DNA of 64,000 nucleotides from Lentisphaeria bacterium (lineage in GTDB: Bacteria > Verrucomicrobiota > Lentisphaeria > JABSQK01 > JAWLHB01), in contig JAWLHB010000039.1 in assembly GCA_041690595.1 (NCBI GenBank), forward strand, positions 1 to 64,000. The letters run 5' to 3'. The notes beneath the pieces were generated by a model. The model saw nothing but the letters and a program-made list of their open reading frames with translations. It did not search any database and was not told where the DNA came from. Position 1 is the first letter of the stretch; each line of letters starts with the position of its first letter. A program made the position numbers and the translations under genes. Positions 53,116 through 62,230 of the stretch are shown here, piece by piece.

Positions 53116-53394
53116 ACGAAGGACACGAAGATTGCGAGAAGAGGAACACGGGGACGGGGTATGAACCACGGAGACACGGAGACACGGAGATGGGGCGGTG
53201 GGAGGCCGGCAGATTATGAAGAGCAGCTCAGAGATTTATTCTTGCATATGAGGTTCACCACGAAGAACTCGAAGGGACAACGAAGGAAGCTCAGGGGATT
53301 AACCACAAAGAACGCAGAGATCGCAAGGATTCACCGCACGGGGAGGCAGGGAGGACGGAAATATGGACCATGAAGGACATGAAGAACATGAAGA
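53103..53394 (+). repeat. Array of five different triple-tandem 8-9-nt repeat modules
   Basis: (CACGAAGGA)x3 at 53106; (CACGGAGA)x3 at 53167; CACGAAGAA/CTCGAAGGGA/CAACGAAGGA at 53259; CACAAAGAA/CGCAGAGAT/CGCAAGGAT at 53304; (CATGAAGRA)x3 at 53369. Confidence 0.85.
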
Positions 53395-53607
53395 TTGGGG
53401 CTGCGCCGCTCGGAGAGCGGCTCCAGTTGGCGGGCAAGTCTTGGCTGCACGGCCATGGAATTGAGTTCACGCAATCGGGGGCATCCGCAAGTGAAGCCTG
53501 GCGGGGGATGAGTTCGGGAGCGTGCTTCGGCAGTGCGTTGGTATTCATGGAGTTTGGGCTATATTGGGTACGTGATCAAGCTGAGATAAACGGAATATGA
53601 ACGGAGT

Positions 53608-56600
53608 ATGAGGCAAATCATGGATCGAAGCTGCTGTCGATTGCTGGCTGTCGTGTTGGTAATGAGTACGGTGACCCTGGTGGCGGGGGCGGCCGAGATC
53701 ATCCGCTTTGGCATGAAGGAGCGGCTGGGTATTACGCAACTCCCACAGGTGCTCACCTTCACGCGAGAGCTGCCACGTGGCAGACTCGCCAGTGCCAGCT
53801 CCGCGGCCCTGCGCACATCGGCGGGAGAACCGGTCGTTGCTCAGTTCAAGGCGCTTGCCACATGGGACGATGGTTCCATTCGCCGGCTGGAGATTGCGCT
53901 GGTTGCGGGTCTCGAAGCCGGCCAGGCGCATGAGTGGATCGTGGAGGATGGGGCTGGCGCCGCCGCCGATGAGACGCTCACCCTGACGCGTCAGGGCGGG
54001 GAGATCGTCCTGGCATCGCCGCTTGCCGGGGTGCGCATTCCGGAGCTCAGCCAGGAATTCGAGACGCCTCAACCTCCCGAACAGGTTCCTCCGCCTTTCA
54101 TGCAGGTGCGGGGCGTTGGCGACTGGTATGGGCAGGCAGGGCTCCAAGGGGAAGTTTTCGTCAAGTCCCGGCAGGTGCAGGTCATTGACGACGGCCCGAT
54201 CTACAAGCGGGTGGCGGTTCAGTACACCTTCGCGGACAGCAGTCTCTACATCGTGGAGATCCGTCTGGGGCGGGACGAGCCGCTGATCCGCATCGATGAA
54301 CGCTTCAGCATGAACTTCACCGAGCCGACGGGTGCCACCTTTGTCTTCGATCTGGCGGCGGGATTGGCGCCAGACATGGCGGTGCAGCCTCAGGCTTTTC
54401 GTGGGGCACAACTGGCGGGGGTCGGCAGCCTGTGGGACCTGCGCCCCTGGCACGGCGATCTCTTTCCCGTCGATTATCGACGCACCGCGGTCTGGACGGA
54501 GCTTTCGCCCTGGACGGCCCACCAGTCGCAGACGCTTCATACCGCCTACTACAACAGCAAGCCGGATGGCGACATGATCGGATTTGTACTGACGGCGCCC
54601 GAGCGGTGGCGGCATATCGCCTATGACGTCCTCCCCGGCCATTCCTGGCTGATGGTGCAGAACCCGCACCAGTTCTTCACCTTCCGCCGCCTCAAGAATG
54701 TCCCCATCGTGATGACGGATGGCGGGAGGCTCGAGGCACGCTTTCCTCTCTTCACCGGTTCCCGCCAATGGGCCATACTGATCAGCCGGGACTTTCCGCG
54801 CACGGAGAGCGTCACCGTTGGCACGGGTGCCAATGCGACGGAAAAGACGGTCAACTCCGCCCCGCGGAGCTGGTTCAGCAGGGAAGCGGTCCGCTACTCG
54901 CGCAACGACATCAACCGGCTCAAGGATTGGGTGCTCGAATGGGAGGCGGCCCCGGCCGATCGCTACCCGGTGCTTTACGCGCCACGCGACAGCTATGAGT
55001 CGCGGCGCATTGCGTACAATGGCTGGTATGGGGCCGACAAGCTGCCGCCCCTCGACGACCCCAAGGTCGCCACGAAGCTCACGCAGCTCGCCCTCGACAT
55101 CTCCCGCACCACCGTGGAGCGCATGCTGGTCAATCCCGGTCCTCCCCACCACATTGCGACGCCCGTCTTTCAGAGCTGCAACATGGCCGACATGGCTTTC
55201 GCCTTTGGAGAACTGACAGAGGATGAAGCGGCGCTGCTGCGGGCTCGCCTCGCCTTCATGGCCTACATGCTGAGCTGGCGCGGGTACTGGTCGCCGGAAG
55301 ATGGCAATGCCGCCAACCCCAATATGAGTTCTTTCTGTTACGATGCGGTGGGGCTGGTGGGGCTGCTGCTGCCGAATCATCCGGAGTCGGCAGCCTGGAT
55401 CGCGCGCTGCACCACGCAGATCGACCGTGAGTTCGACCACTGGCTCAGCCCGGACGGCGCCTGGATCGAGAATCCCCATTACGTGATGGCGGCCATGACC
55501 GAGCACACCATGCTGGTGGCCGCTCTGCGCCACAACGGCATCCGCGACTACTACAGCGACCCGCGAATGAGCCGCTTCCTTCGCCACTACCTCGACTTGC
55601 AGACTCCGCCGGAGCCCATGATGAACAATCAGCGCTTTGTCGTGCAGATCGGCAACGCCTATCCGGGCGAGACCATATACGAGTTCGGGATGTGGGCCAA
55701 GGGGATCAAGGATGTCGATCCCGAGCTTGCCGCCAACCTCATGTGGATGTTTCACGAGCATGGCTACGGCACCGCCGAGCATCAGAAGGGCAAGAAGTTC
55801 TGGCGTGGCGGCGCGGGGATTCACCACTGGTTCTGCGTTCCCCAGGGGCTCCCCGCATACTCGGAAATGCTCTTCTACGATCCCGAGATCGAGCCGCGGG
55901 CGCCGACTCGCGGCGGCGGAGCCTACGAAGGCTTCGGCGTGATCATGGAAGCGCACGCCGGCACCGGTCGGGAGACCAAGCTCTACTTCCGGGAAGGTCA
56001 GACGTATTCGCATTATGACGCTGACCAGGGCAGCATCGTCTTGTATGGAAAAGGCGCGCCGCTGGTCCTCGACCACGGCTATGGCGAGTTTCATCCGTGG
56101 CTGCACAACCGCATCAGCGTCAACCACTTATACGACGAATCCCTCGGCCATGTGACCTCGCATCTGGTGGGGCAGGGGGGCAGCATGGCGCTTGGCGATA
56201 TTGTGCTCGATACCCTCAGCGAGCGCGAGTACGCAGGCGTCAAGCAATGGCCGATGGCGCCCGAACCGATTGCCGGGCGCAATACTGCCACCGCCTGGCA
56301 GCGGCGCATCGCCATGATGACCGATCCTGATCCCGCGGGAGCCAACTACATCGCCATGCGCGATCGCATCCGCGGCGAACTCCCCACCGAATGGACCCTG
56401 TGGGTGCATGGCGATGTACAGGAATACACCGCCAATCCCCTTCGTGTTACGGGCCATGCCGGTGTCGACATGCTCCTCTATGTTCTGGATCCCGATGCCG
56501 GCCAGGCGTCCAGCGCCGAGGTCGAATTCCGCGGCAAGTACAACCGCCCCAGCTCACTCATCCACTACGCGCGACCGGCTGGACGCGGGCTCCTCAGCAT

Positions 56601-57066
56601 CCTCTATCCCATTCTGCCTGACCAGGAGGCGCCGACAGTGGCGCCGCTGCCCGACCTTGCCGGCTTCACCCTCCGCCTTGGCGACCGGCTCGACTGGCTC
56701 TTCATGCCCGAAGATCCCCGCCACCTTGCGGTCGAAGGCTTCGAGGTTGACGGCGCCTTCGCCAGCGTCTCCAGACGCGCCGACGGTACGCACATCATGC
56801 TCGAACGCAATACCCGGTTGACCCTGCCGGAGTTGACCGTTCATGCCAACCTCCCGGTGGAACTGCATCTCCGCGCCACCGTCATCGACGGTTTCGTTCC
56901 CAGCACAATGGCGGCTGCCGCCATTTACCTGCAGGGCCCGATCGCAGCCCGCGCCCAGGCCCTCACCATCGACGGCGAGCCCGCTTCTCTGGTCACGGAC
57001 GAAGCTGGTTTTCGACTTCAGCTCCCTCCCGGTCCCCACTCCTGGCAGCTCACCCTGCGCCCATAG
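53608..57066 (+). CDS. Large secreted heparinase II/III-like (polysaccharide-lyase-like) protein
   Basis: Signal peptide; NPNM, SPDGAWIENPHY toroid motif; SHYDADQGSIVLYGKGAPLVLDHGY..HN typical of the Hepar_II_III beta-sandwich. Confidence 0.7.
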   Translation: MRQIMDRSCCRLLAVVLVMSTVTLVAGAAEIIRFGMKERLGITQLPQVLTFTRELPRGRLASASSAALRTSAGEPVVAQFKALATWDDGSIRRLEIALVAGLEAGQAHEWIVEDGAGAAADETLTLTRQGGEIVLASPLAGVRIPELSQEFETPQPPEQVPPPFMQVRGVGDWYGQAGLQGEVFVKSRQVQVIDDGPIYKRVAVQYTFADSSLYIVEIRLGRDEPLIRIDERFSMNFTEPTGATFVFDLAAGLAPDMAVQPQAFRGAQLAGVGSLWDLRPWHGDLFPVDYRRTAVWTELSPWTAHQSQTLHTAYYNSKPDGDMIGFVLTAPERWRHIAYDVLPGHSWLMVQNPHQFFTFRRLKNVPIVMTDGGRLEARFPLFTGSRQWAILISRDFPRTESVTVGTGANATEKTVNSAPRSWFSREAVRYSRNDINRLKDWVLEWEAAPADRYPVLYAPRDSYESRRIAYNGWYGADKLPPLDDPKVATKLTQLALDISRTTVERMLVNPGPPHHIATPVFQSCNMADMAFAFGELTEDEAALLRARLAFMAYMLSWRGYWSPEDGNAANPNMSSFCYDAVGLVGLLLPNHPESAAWIARCTTQIDREFDHWLSPDGAWIENPHYVMAAMTEHTMLVAALRHNGIRDYYSDPRMSRFLRHYLDLQTPPEPMMNNQRFVVQIGNAYPGETIYEFGMWAKGIKDVDPELAANLMWMFHEHGYGTAEHQKGKKFWRGGAGIHHWFCVPQGLPAYSEMLFYDPEIEPRAPTRGGGAYEGFGVIMEAHAGTGRETKLYFREGQTYSHYDADQGSIVLYGKGAPLVLDHGYGEFHPWLHNRISVNHLYDESLGHVTSHLVGQGGSMALGDIVLDTLSEREYAGVKQWPMAPEPIAGRNTATAWQRRIAMMTDPDPAGANYIAMRDRIRGELPTEWTLWVHGDVQEYTANPLRVTGHAGVDMLLYVLDPDAGQASSAEVEFRGKYNRPSSLIHYARPAGRGLLSILYPILPDQEAPTVAPLPDLAGFTLRLGDRLDWLFMPEDPRHLAVEGFEVDGAFASVSRRADGTHIMLERNTRLTLPELTVHANLPVELHLRATVIDGFVPSTMAAAAIYLQGPIAARAQALTIDGEPASLVTDEAGFRLQLPPGPHSWQLTLRP

Positions 57067-57276
57067 CCGCCACGGCAATCAGGCAGCCCCTTCCTGCACG
57101 ATGGGAAGAAGGGGAATAATGGGAAGAATGGAGGTGACGGACGAAGGGGGACAGGCGTCGGGGAGTGGGGATGCGATCCGCCGGGGACTTGTGGAAGCCG
57201 CACGGGGAACCAGGAATGGACAGCAATACACACGGATCGCGATCGGAGCAGGACAATGGCAACCTGGCAACGGCCT

Positions 57277-57401
57277 AATCGCCGCTCGGAGAGCGCCTCA
57301 ACTAATAAGTCCCGTGGAATTGAGTTCACGCGGGGAGGGGGCGACGGCAATGGCAGGGCCGTTGGAAACGGCCCAATCGCCGTTCGGAGAACGCCTCCCA
57401 C
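57277..57401 (-). repeat. Two REP-like palindromes
   Basis: Minus strand GTGGGAGGCGTTCTCCGAACGGCGATT (57375-57401) and degenerate GTTGAGGCGCTCTCCGAGCGGCGATT (57277-57302); a related copy lies at 53404. Confidence 0.65.
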
Positions 57402-57635
57402 TTTGAGGTCAGCGCAGGGGCGGAACGAGCGTGGACTTATGAAGAAGAATGTCCGGGCGACGGCCGGGTGGGGACTTCCACACTGAACTCACGCAGGGGG
57501 CGGAATGGGTTTGGACTTATGAAGAAAATGTCCGGGCAACGGCGGGGTGGAGACTCCCACTTTGAGCTCAGCACAGGGTATGGGACGGGCGTGAACGTAT
57601 GAAGAGAATGACCAGGCAACGGCCGGACGGGGGCA
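57395..57635 (+). repeat. Three imperfect tandem repeats of ~80 bp
   Basis: Units start at 57395, 57475 and 57554; shared core CCACWYTGA..TCA..CAGGG...TATGAAGA..AATG.CC.GGC.ACGGC.GG. Confidence 0.88.
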
Positions 57636-58709
57636 TCAGGCGGGCTGGATGGCGTCGCAGAGATAGACGTCCTGGATGGCGTTGAGGAGGGCGATGCCTT
57701 CGTTCATGGGGCGCTGGAAGGCTTTGCGGCCGCTGATCAGCCCCATGCCGCCGGCGCGCTTGTTGATGACGGCGGTGGTGATGGCTTCGGCATAGTCGTT
57801 CTTGCCGCTGGGGCCACCGGAGTTGATCAAACCGAAGCGGCCAAGGTAGTTGTTGAGGACTTGGTAGCGGCAGAGATCGATGGGATGATCGCTGCAAAGG
57901 TCGGTGTACATGGCGGGGCTGGATTTGCCGTAGGATTTGCCGCTCTTGCTGAGGGCCTTGTAGCCGCCATTGAGTTCGGGGAGCTTCTGCTTGATGATGT
58001 CGGCCTGGATGGTGACGCCAAGATGGTTGGCCTGGCCGGTGAGATCGGCGGCGGTATGGTAGTCGTTGCCGTCGACCTTGAAGCCGTCACTTCGCAGATA
58101 ACACCAGAGGATGGTGACGAGGCCCAACTCGTGGGCGTGCTGAAAGGCCTCGCTCACTTCGACGATCTGGCGAGTGCTTTCTTCTGAGCCGAAGTAGATG
58201 GTGGCGCCGACGGCGACAGCGCCCATCTCGAAGGCTTGGTCAACGCTGGCGAACATGACCTGATCGTAGCGGTTGGGGACGCTCAGCAGCTCGTTGTGGT
58301 TGAGCTTGACGATAAAGGGGATCTTGTGGGCATGGCGGCGGGCGGTTGCGCCAAGGACGCCCAGGGTGGAGGCGACGGCATTGCAGCCGCCCTCGATGGC
58401 GAGCTTGACGATGTTGGCGGGATCGAAGTAAATGGGGTTGGGCGCAAAGGAAGCGCCGGCGGAGTGCTCGATACCCTGGTCCACCGGAAGAATGGAAATG
58501 TACCCGGTGCCGCCGAGGCGGCCGTGGTTGAGGATCGCCTGCAGATTGCGCAGGACGACGGGGCTGCGATCGGTCTGCGCAAAGACGCGGTCGACATAGT
58601 CGGGGCCGGGCAGGTGAAGCTGGTCGCGGGAGATCTTTGGGGCGTTGAAGTCGAGGAGGTGAGCGGCGTCGGCGCCAAGGGCCTGGCGGATGGAATCGGC
58701 AGTGGACAT
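57636..58709 (-). CDS. fbaB: Class I fructose-bisphosphate aldolase
   Basis: [54 protein letters not shown]. Confidence 0.97.
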   Translation of the reverse strand: MSTADSIRQALGADAAHLLDFNAPKISRDQLHLPGPDYVDRVFAQTDRSPVVLRNLQAILNHGRLGGTGYISILPVDQGIEHSAGASFAPNPIYFDPANIVKLAIEGGCNAVASTLGVLGATARRHAHKIPFIVKLNHNELLSVPNRYDQVMFASVDQAFEMGAVAVGATIYFGSEESTRQIVEVSEAFQHAHELGLVTILWCYLRSDGFKVDGNDYHTAADLTGQANHLGVTIQADIIKQKLPELNGGYKALSKSGKSYGKSSPAMYTDLCSDHPIDLCRYQVLNNYLGRFGLINSGGPSGKNDYAEAITTAVINKRAGGMGLISGRKAFQRPMNEGIALLNAIQDVYLCDAIQPA

Positions 58710-58921
58710 GGGATCTCTCCGGGAGCAGGAAGGGGTTGGTGAATGCGCATTACTATAGACCGCCTGGCGTAGAAAAACGCTCTGTCTGGCGGAGGTTCTG
58801 GCCGGGGAGAGCGAGGCGGCCGGTGCTGAAGTTGCGGCGCATCTTTTCCTGAACGTCTTTCTGCTGTACATTTCATTAGAGTCACAACGTAATCAGCCAG
58901 CAGGTTTGGACAAGGAGACTT

Positions 58922-60301
58922 ATGGGGAGACACATAGCGTTTTCGGTCGTTGATCTTGGACATGGCAATTATGCCGTTGACGAGCACGGCAGGACGGTCG
59001 CGATTGTGACGCGCCAGGGGTTTGTCGACTGGCTCCTGCGTACGCCGCTGTGCGACGGCGAGCTCGTTCGAGAGTTGTACAAGGAGACGCACATGTGTTA
59101 TACGCTCGGGCTGAAGCTCGAGCTGATGACGCAGGCACCGCGAACCCTTCTCACGCAGGTGCGCTTCAACCTTCAGGACGATGCGCGCAAGCTGACCATC
59201 GTTGCGCAGGGAGATTCCGCCGATCAGCGCTTTCACAGTCGCACGAATGCCTGCCTGCTCTTTGACGAGGAGCAGGGAGAGTATCGGTGGGATCTGGTGA
59301 CGACACTGTCGTGCACGGCGGATGAGCCGGTCGACCTGCCGCGGATCGAGTACAACAATGTCTACCCCGGGAAGGCGGGCCGCTGCTTCATGTATGCGTC
59401 GCAGAAGGAGTATCACAGCACCTTGATCGAGGCGGCTGACGGCGCCATCTGGGAGTTCCCGCATCAGCACCTCTTTCACTACAGCCGCAAGCTGGACAAG
59501 CTGGACTTCTCGAGCCGGGGAATGGCCGGCTTCTTTGGGGAACAGAGCGGGAGCCCGGTGGTGATCGTCCGGCGCTCTTCGCTGCCGATTTCCTGGGCGA
59601 TCTGCGACATGTACTACGACTTGCACTGCCTGGCGCGGGTGTCGGGGCCGTTCACGGCCGGGATGAGCTATCAGTGCGAGTATACGATTCGGTATCTGTC
59701 GCCGGTGGAGTCTCGGCAGTATCAGAAGCGGGCTCGGCGGGTGAGTCTGACGGCGGGGGAGTTGCGGGAGCACGATTACCCGCGGCTGGAGCTTGGGATG
59801 AATGCGTTTGACGCGCCGGTCGCGGTCGATCGCTTTGACGATGCTTCGGGATTCCGGCCGAAGCCGCCCGCGCGCGTGTGGGAGAAGCCGGCTGATGGGA
59901 AGAGGGGGGCGTTGCGGCTCAGCAATCCAGAGGTGGGCGAGAACGTGTGGAGCGCGGAGCCGCCGACGCAGCTACCGCCATCCAGCCGGTTGACGCTGTC
60001 GGCGCTGGCCCGGACGCAGGATGTGTCGGGGAAAGGCTTTTTCGTGCGGGTGCGCTATCATACCTTCGAGTGGTACCCGGAGCCCCATGTTGAGTGGGCG
60101 GATGTGCTGGAGTCGATGCCGCTGACGGGAACGCATGGAGAATGGACACGAATCGAGCTGCCGCTGCTCGAGGTGCCGCCGGAGGATCGGGATTACCTGA
60201 TCTGGATCGACGTGGTGCTTGACGGCGCCGGCACCGGCTGGCTGACGGACGTGGATATCGACCTTGTGCGCGTCCGACAGGCCCAGCAGGCGATCGTCTG
60301 A
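58922..60301 (+). CDS. Hypothetical protein with C-terminal CBM-like jelly-roll
   Basis: AAGGAG RBS; LTLSALARTQDV.G..LTGTHGEWTRI..GTGWLTDV; no signal peptide. Confidence 0.65.
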   Translation: MGRHIAFSVVDLGHGNYAVDEHGRTVAIVTRQGFVDWLLRTPLCDGELVRELYKETHMCYTLGLKLELMTQAPRTLLTQVRFNLQDDARKLTIVAQGDSADQRFHSRTNACLLFDEEQGEYRWDLVTTLSCTADEPVDLPRIEYNNVYPGKAGRCFMYASQKEYHSTLIEAADGAIWEFPHQHLFHYSRKLDKLDFSSRGMAGFFGEQSGSPVVIVRRSSLPISWAICDMYYDLHCLARVSGPFTAGMSYQCEYTIRYLSPVESRQYQKRARRVSLTAGELREHDYPRLELGMNAFDAPVAVDRFDDASGFRPKPPARVWEKPADGKRGALRLSNPEVGENVWSAEPPTQLPPSSRLTLSALARTQDVSGKGFFVRVRYHTFEWYPEPHVEWADVLESMPLTGTHGEWTRIELPLLEVPPEDRDYLIWIDVVLDGAGTGWLTDVDIDLVRVRQAQQAIV

Positions 60302-60421
60302 TCACCCCAACAGATCACTGTAAGCGTCAACCCGGCTTTTGGAGCTGGTAAGTGGGGCTGACCGGCGCTACAGTAATGCGGGGAAAATCAGTTTGCGGAT
60401 GTGTAGGCCAGGGGTAGGTCA

Positions 60422-61762
60422 ATGGCTGTGGGAACGGGTATGTACAACCTGAAAGACGGCTCGCGGATCGGCATCGTTGGTGCTGGGCCAGCGGGATCGT
60501 TTACGGCTTTTTTTCTGCTTGAAATGGCTGAGCGGATAGGGATGAAGCTGCAGGTGGATCTCTACGATCCCAAGGATTTTCGGCGCCACGGTCCGATCGG
60601 CTGCAACCACTGCGGGGGAATCATCTCGGAATCGCTGGTGCAGGCGCTGGCGACGGAAGGTATCGTCCTGCCCAACGATGTGGTGCAGCGCGGGATCGAC
60701 TCCTACATGCTGCATATCGGTTCGGAAGAGGTGAGTATCCAGACGCCTCTGCACGAGATGCGGTTGGCGGCGCTGCATCGCGGGCGGGGGCCAAGTGACT
60801 GCAGCAGCCTGCCGACGCAATGGGCCAGCTTCGATGGCTTCCTGCTGGACCTGGCGGTGGAGAAAGGGGCGACTCATCATCGTCTGGCGGTGGAGAAGAT
60901 CGGTTGGGAGAATGGGCGCCCGGTCCTGGAGGCCGCTTCCGGAAGGAGCATTTGTGATCTGGTGATTGGCGCCATTGGGGTGAACGCGGGTAGCATGGAG
61001 TTGTTTCGCGGCTCGGGATTCGAGATGCGTGAGGCCGAGCGTGCGCCCGCGGCCATCGCGGAGGTGTTCATCGGCCACGAGCGCGTGCAGGAACTCTTTG
61101 GCAGCACGATGCACGTCTTCATGCTGAAAGAGGAAGGGGTGGAGTTCGCGGCGCTGATTCCGAAGGGGGAATACATCACGGCGTGCTTACTTGGTCCTTC
61201 CGTGGATCGGGAGTCGATGAAGCACTTTCTGACGCTGCCGGAGGTGCAGCGTTGTCTGCCGATCGACTGGACGGATCCGCCGCTGTCGTGCCGCTGCCAG
61301 CCGTGGATCAATGTTGGCGCTTCGCATCCGCTCTATGCGAACCGGGTTGCGCTGGTGGGCGACTGTGGGGTGAGCCGGCTGTACAAGGACGGCATCGGCG
61401 CGGCCTATCGTACGGCCAAGGCCTGCGCGGTGACGGCGGTTTTCCATGGCGTTTCGCGGGATGATTTTGCCACCTACTACGGTCCCACCTGTGAGCGACT
61501 TTCGAAGGACAATCTTCTCGGGCATCGGCTCTTTCGCGGCGCCGGCCTGTTGCGGGACAATGCCTTTCTGCGTCGCGCGACGCTACGGCTGGTGCGTGAC
61601 GAGCAGGCGGATCCCAAGAGTGCCGGAGCGATGAGTGGTATCTTCTGGGATCTTTTTACTGGAAGTGCCTCGTATCGTGACATATTCTTACGGGCAGTGA
61701 ACCCCGGCTTCTTGATGCGTTTTGCGGCGGCGAGCCTTCTTCCCAAGGGGCACGGCGGATGA
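60422..61762 (+). CDS. FAD-dependent oxidoreductase (geranylgeranyl-reductase-like)
   Basis: IGIVGAGPAG, CNHCGG, FDGFLL, LIPKG, ALVGDCG..LYKDGIG.A. Confidence 0.85.
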   Translation: MAVGTGMYNLKDGSRIGIVGAGPAGSFTAFFLLEMAERIGMKLQVDLYDPKDFRRHGPIGCNHCGGIISESLVQALATEGIVLPNDVVQRGIDSYMLHIGSEEVSIQTPLHEMRLAALHRGRGPSDCSSLPTQWASFDGFLLDLAVEKGATHHRLAVEKIGWENGRPVLEAASGRSICDLVIGAIGVNAGSMELFRGSGFEMREAERAPAAIAEVFIGHERVQELFGSTMHVFMLKEEGVEFAALIPKGEYITACLLGPSVDRESMKHFLTLPEVQRCLPIDWTDPPLSCRCQPWINVGASHPLYANRVALVGDCGVSRLYKDGIGAAYRTAKACAVTAVFHGVSRDDFATYYGPTCERLSKDNLLGHRLFRGAGLLRDNAFLRRATLRLVRDEQADPKSAGAMSGIFWDLFTGSASYRDIFLRAVNPGFLMRFAAASLLPKGHGG

Positions 61763-61790
61763 TGAGGATTTGTGAACGAGACCATGACCT

Positions 61791-62195
61791 ATGAATATCG
61801 GCCAGCTCGGCAAGATCTATAAGGATGGCGACGTGGTCTTCCGCCAGGGAGATCCGGGAGACACTCTCTTTGTGGTGCAGCACGGGCAGGTCGAGTTGTT
61901 CTATCGGCACGAGGATGGCGTGGAAGTCGCGTTGACGGTGCTGCAGCCGGGAGATATCTTCGGCCAGATTGCATTATTTCGGAGCTGCCCGCGTACGGTA
62001 ACGGCGGTAACACGGGGGCAGTGCCGCATTCTGACTCTTTCCCGGGAGGCATTTCTGAGCCGCATTCATGAAGATCCGTCTCTGGCGTACCAGGCGCTGA
62101 AGCGGCTTTCGGAGCGGATCGATCGCCTGCAGCGGGAGATGGCACAGCTGAAGCGGCCCACCGCACGCCCGGAATCGGGTCAGGTTACAACATAG
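61791..62195 (+). CDS. Stand-alone cyclic-nucleotide-binding domain protein
   Basis: VFRQGDPGD.LFVV..G.V, L.PGDIFGQIALF...PRTVT; no HTH. Confidence 0.9.
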   Translation: MNIGQLGKIYKDGDVVFRQGDPGDTLFVVQHGQVELFYRHEDGVEVALTVLQPGDIFGQIALFRSCPRTVTAVTRGQCRILTLSREAFLSRIHEDPSLAYQALKRLSERIDRLQREMAQLKRPTARPESGQVTT

Positions 62196-62230
62196 ACGAG
62201 AACCTTGCACACCTGAAGGAGAGAGCTGTC

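Noticed and set aside
52927..53394. Possible CRISPR array
   Set aside because: No constant 23-50-nt repeat with regular spacers and no cas genes; the modules differ from each other.
52819..53600. ORFs 52819..53373, 52977..53177, 53291..53548 and 53370..53600
   Set aside because: Translations (TKDTKDTK, MKDMKNMK) merely reflect the nucleotide repeats; no RBS or domain evidence.
53545..56127. 860-aa antisense ORF (likewise 25720..28530, 32979..34895, 14416..15801, 21035..22177, 62180..63766)
   Set aside because: Codon-mirror shadows of genuine opposite-strand genes in high-GC DNA; no motifs of their own.
60316..60375. Imperfect long hairpin ACTGTA...TACAGT upstream of the flavoprotein (possible riboswitch)
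   Set aside because: Weak, interrupted pairing and no recognisable riboswitch consensus.
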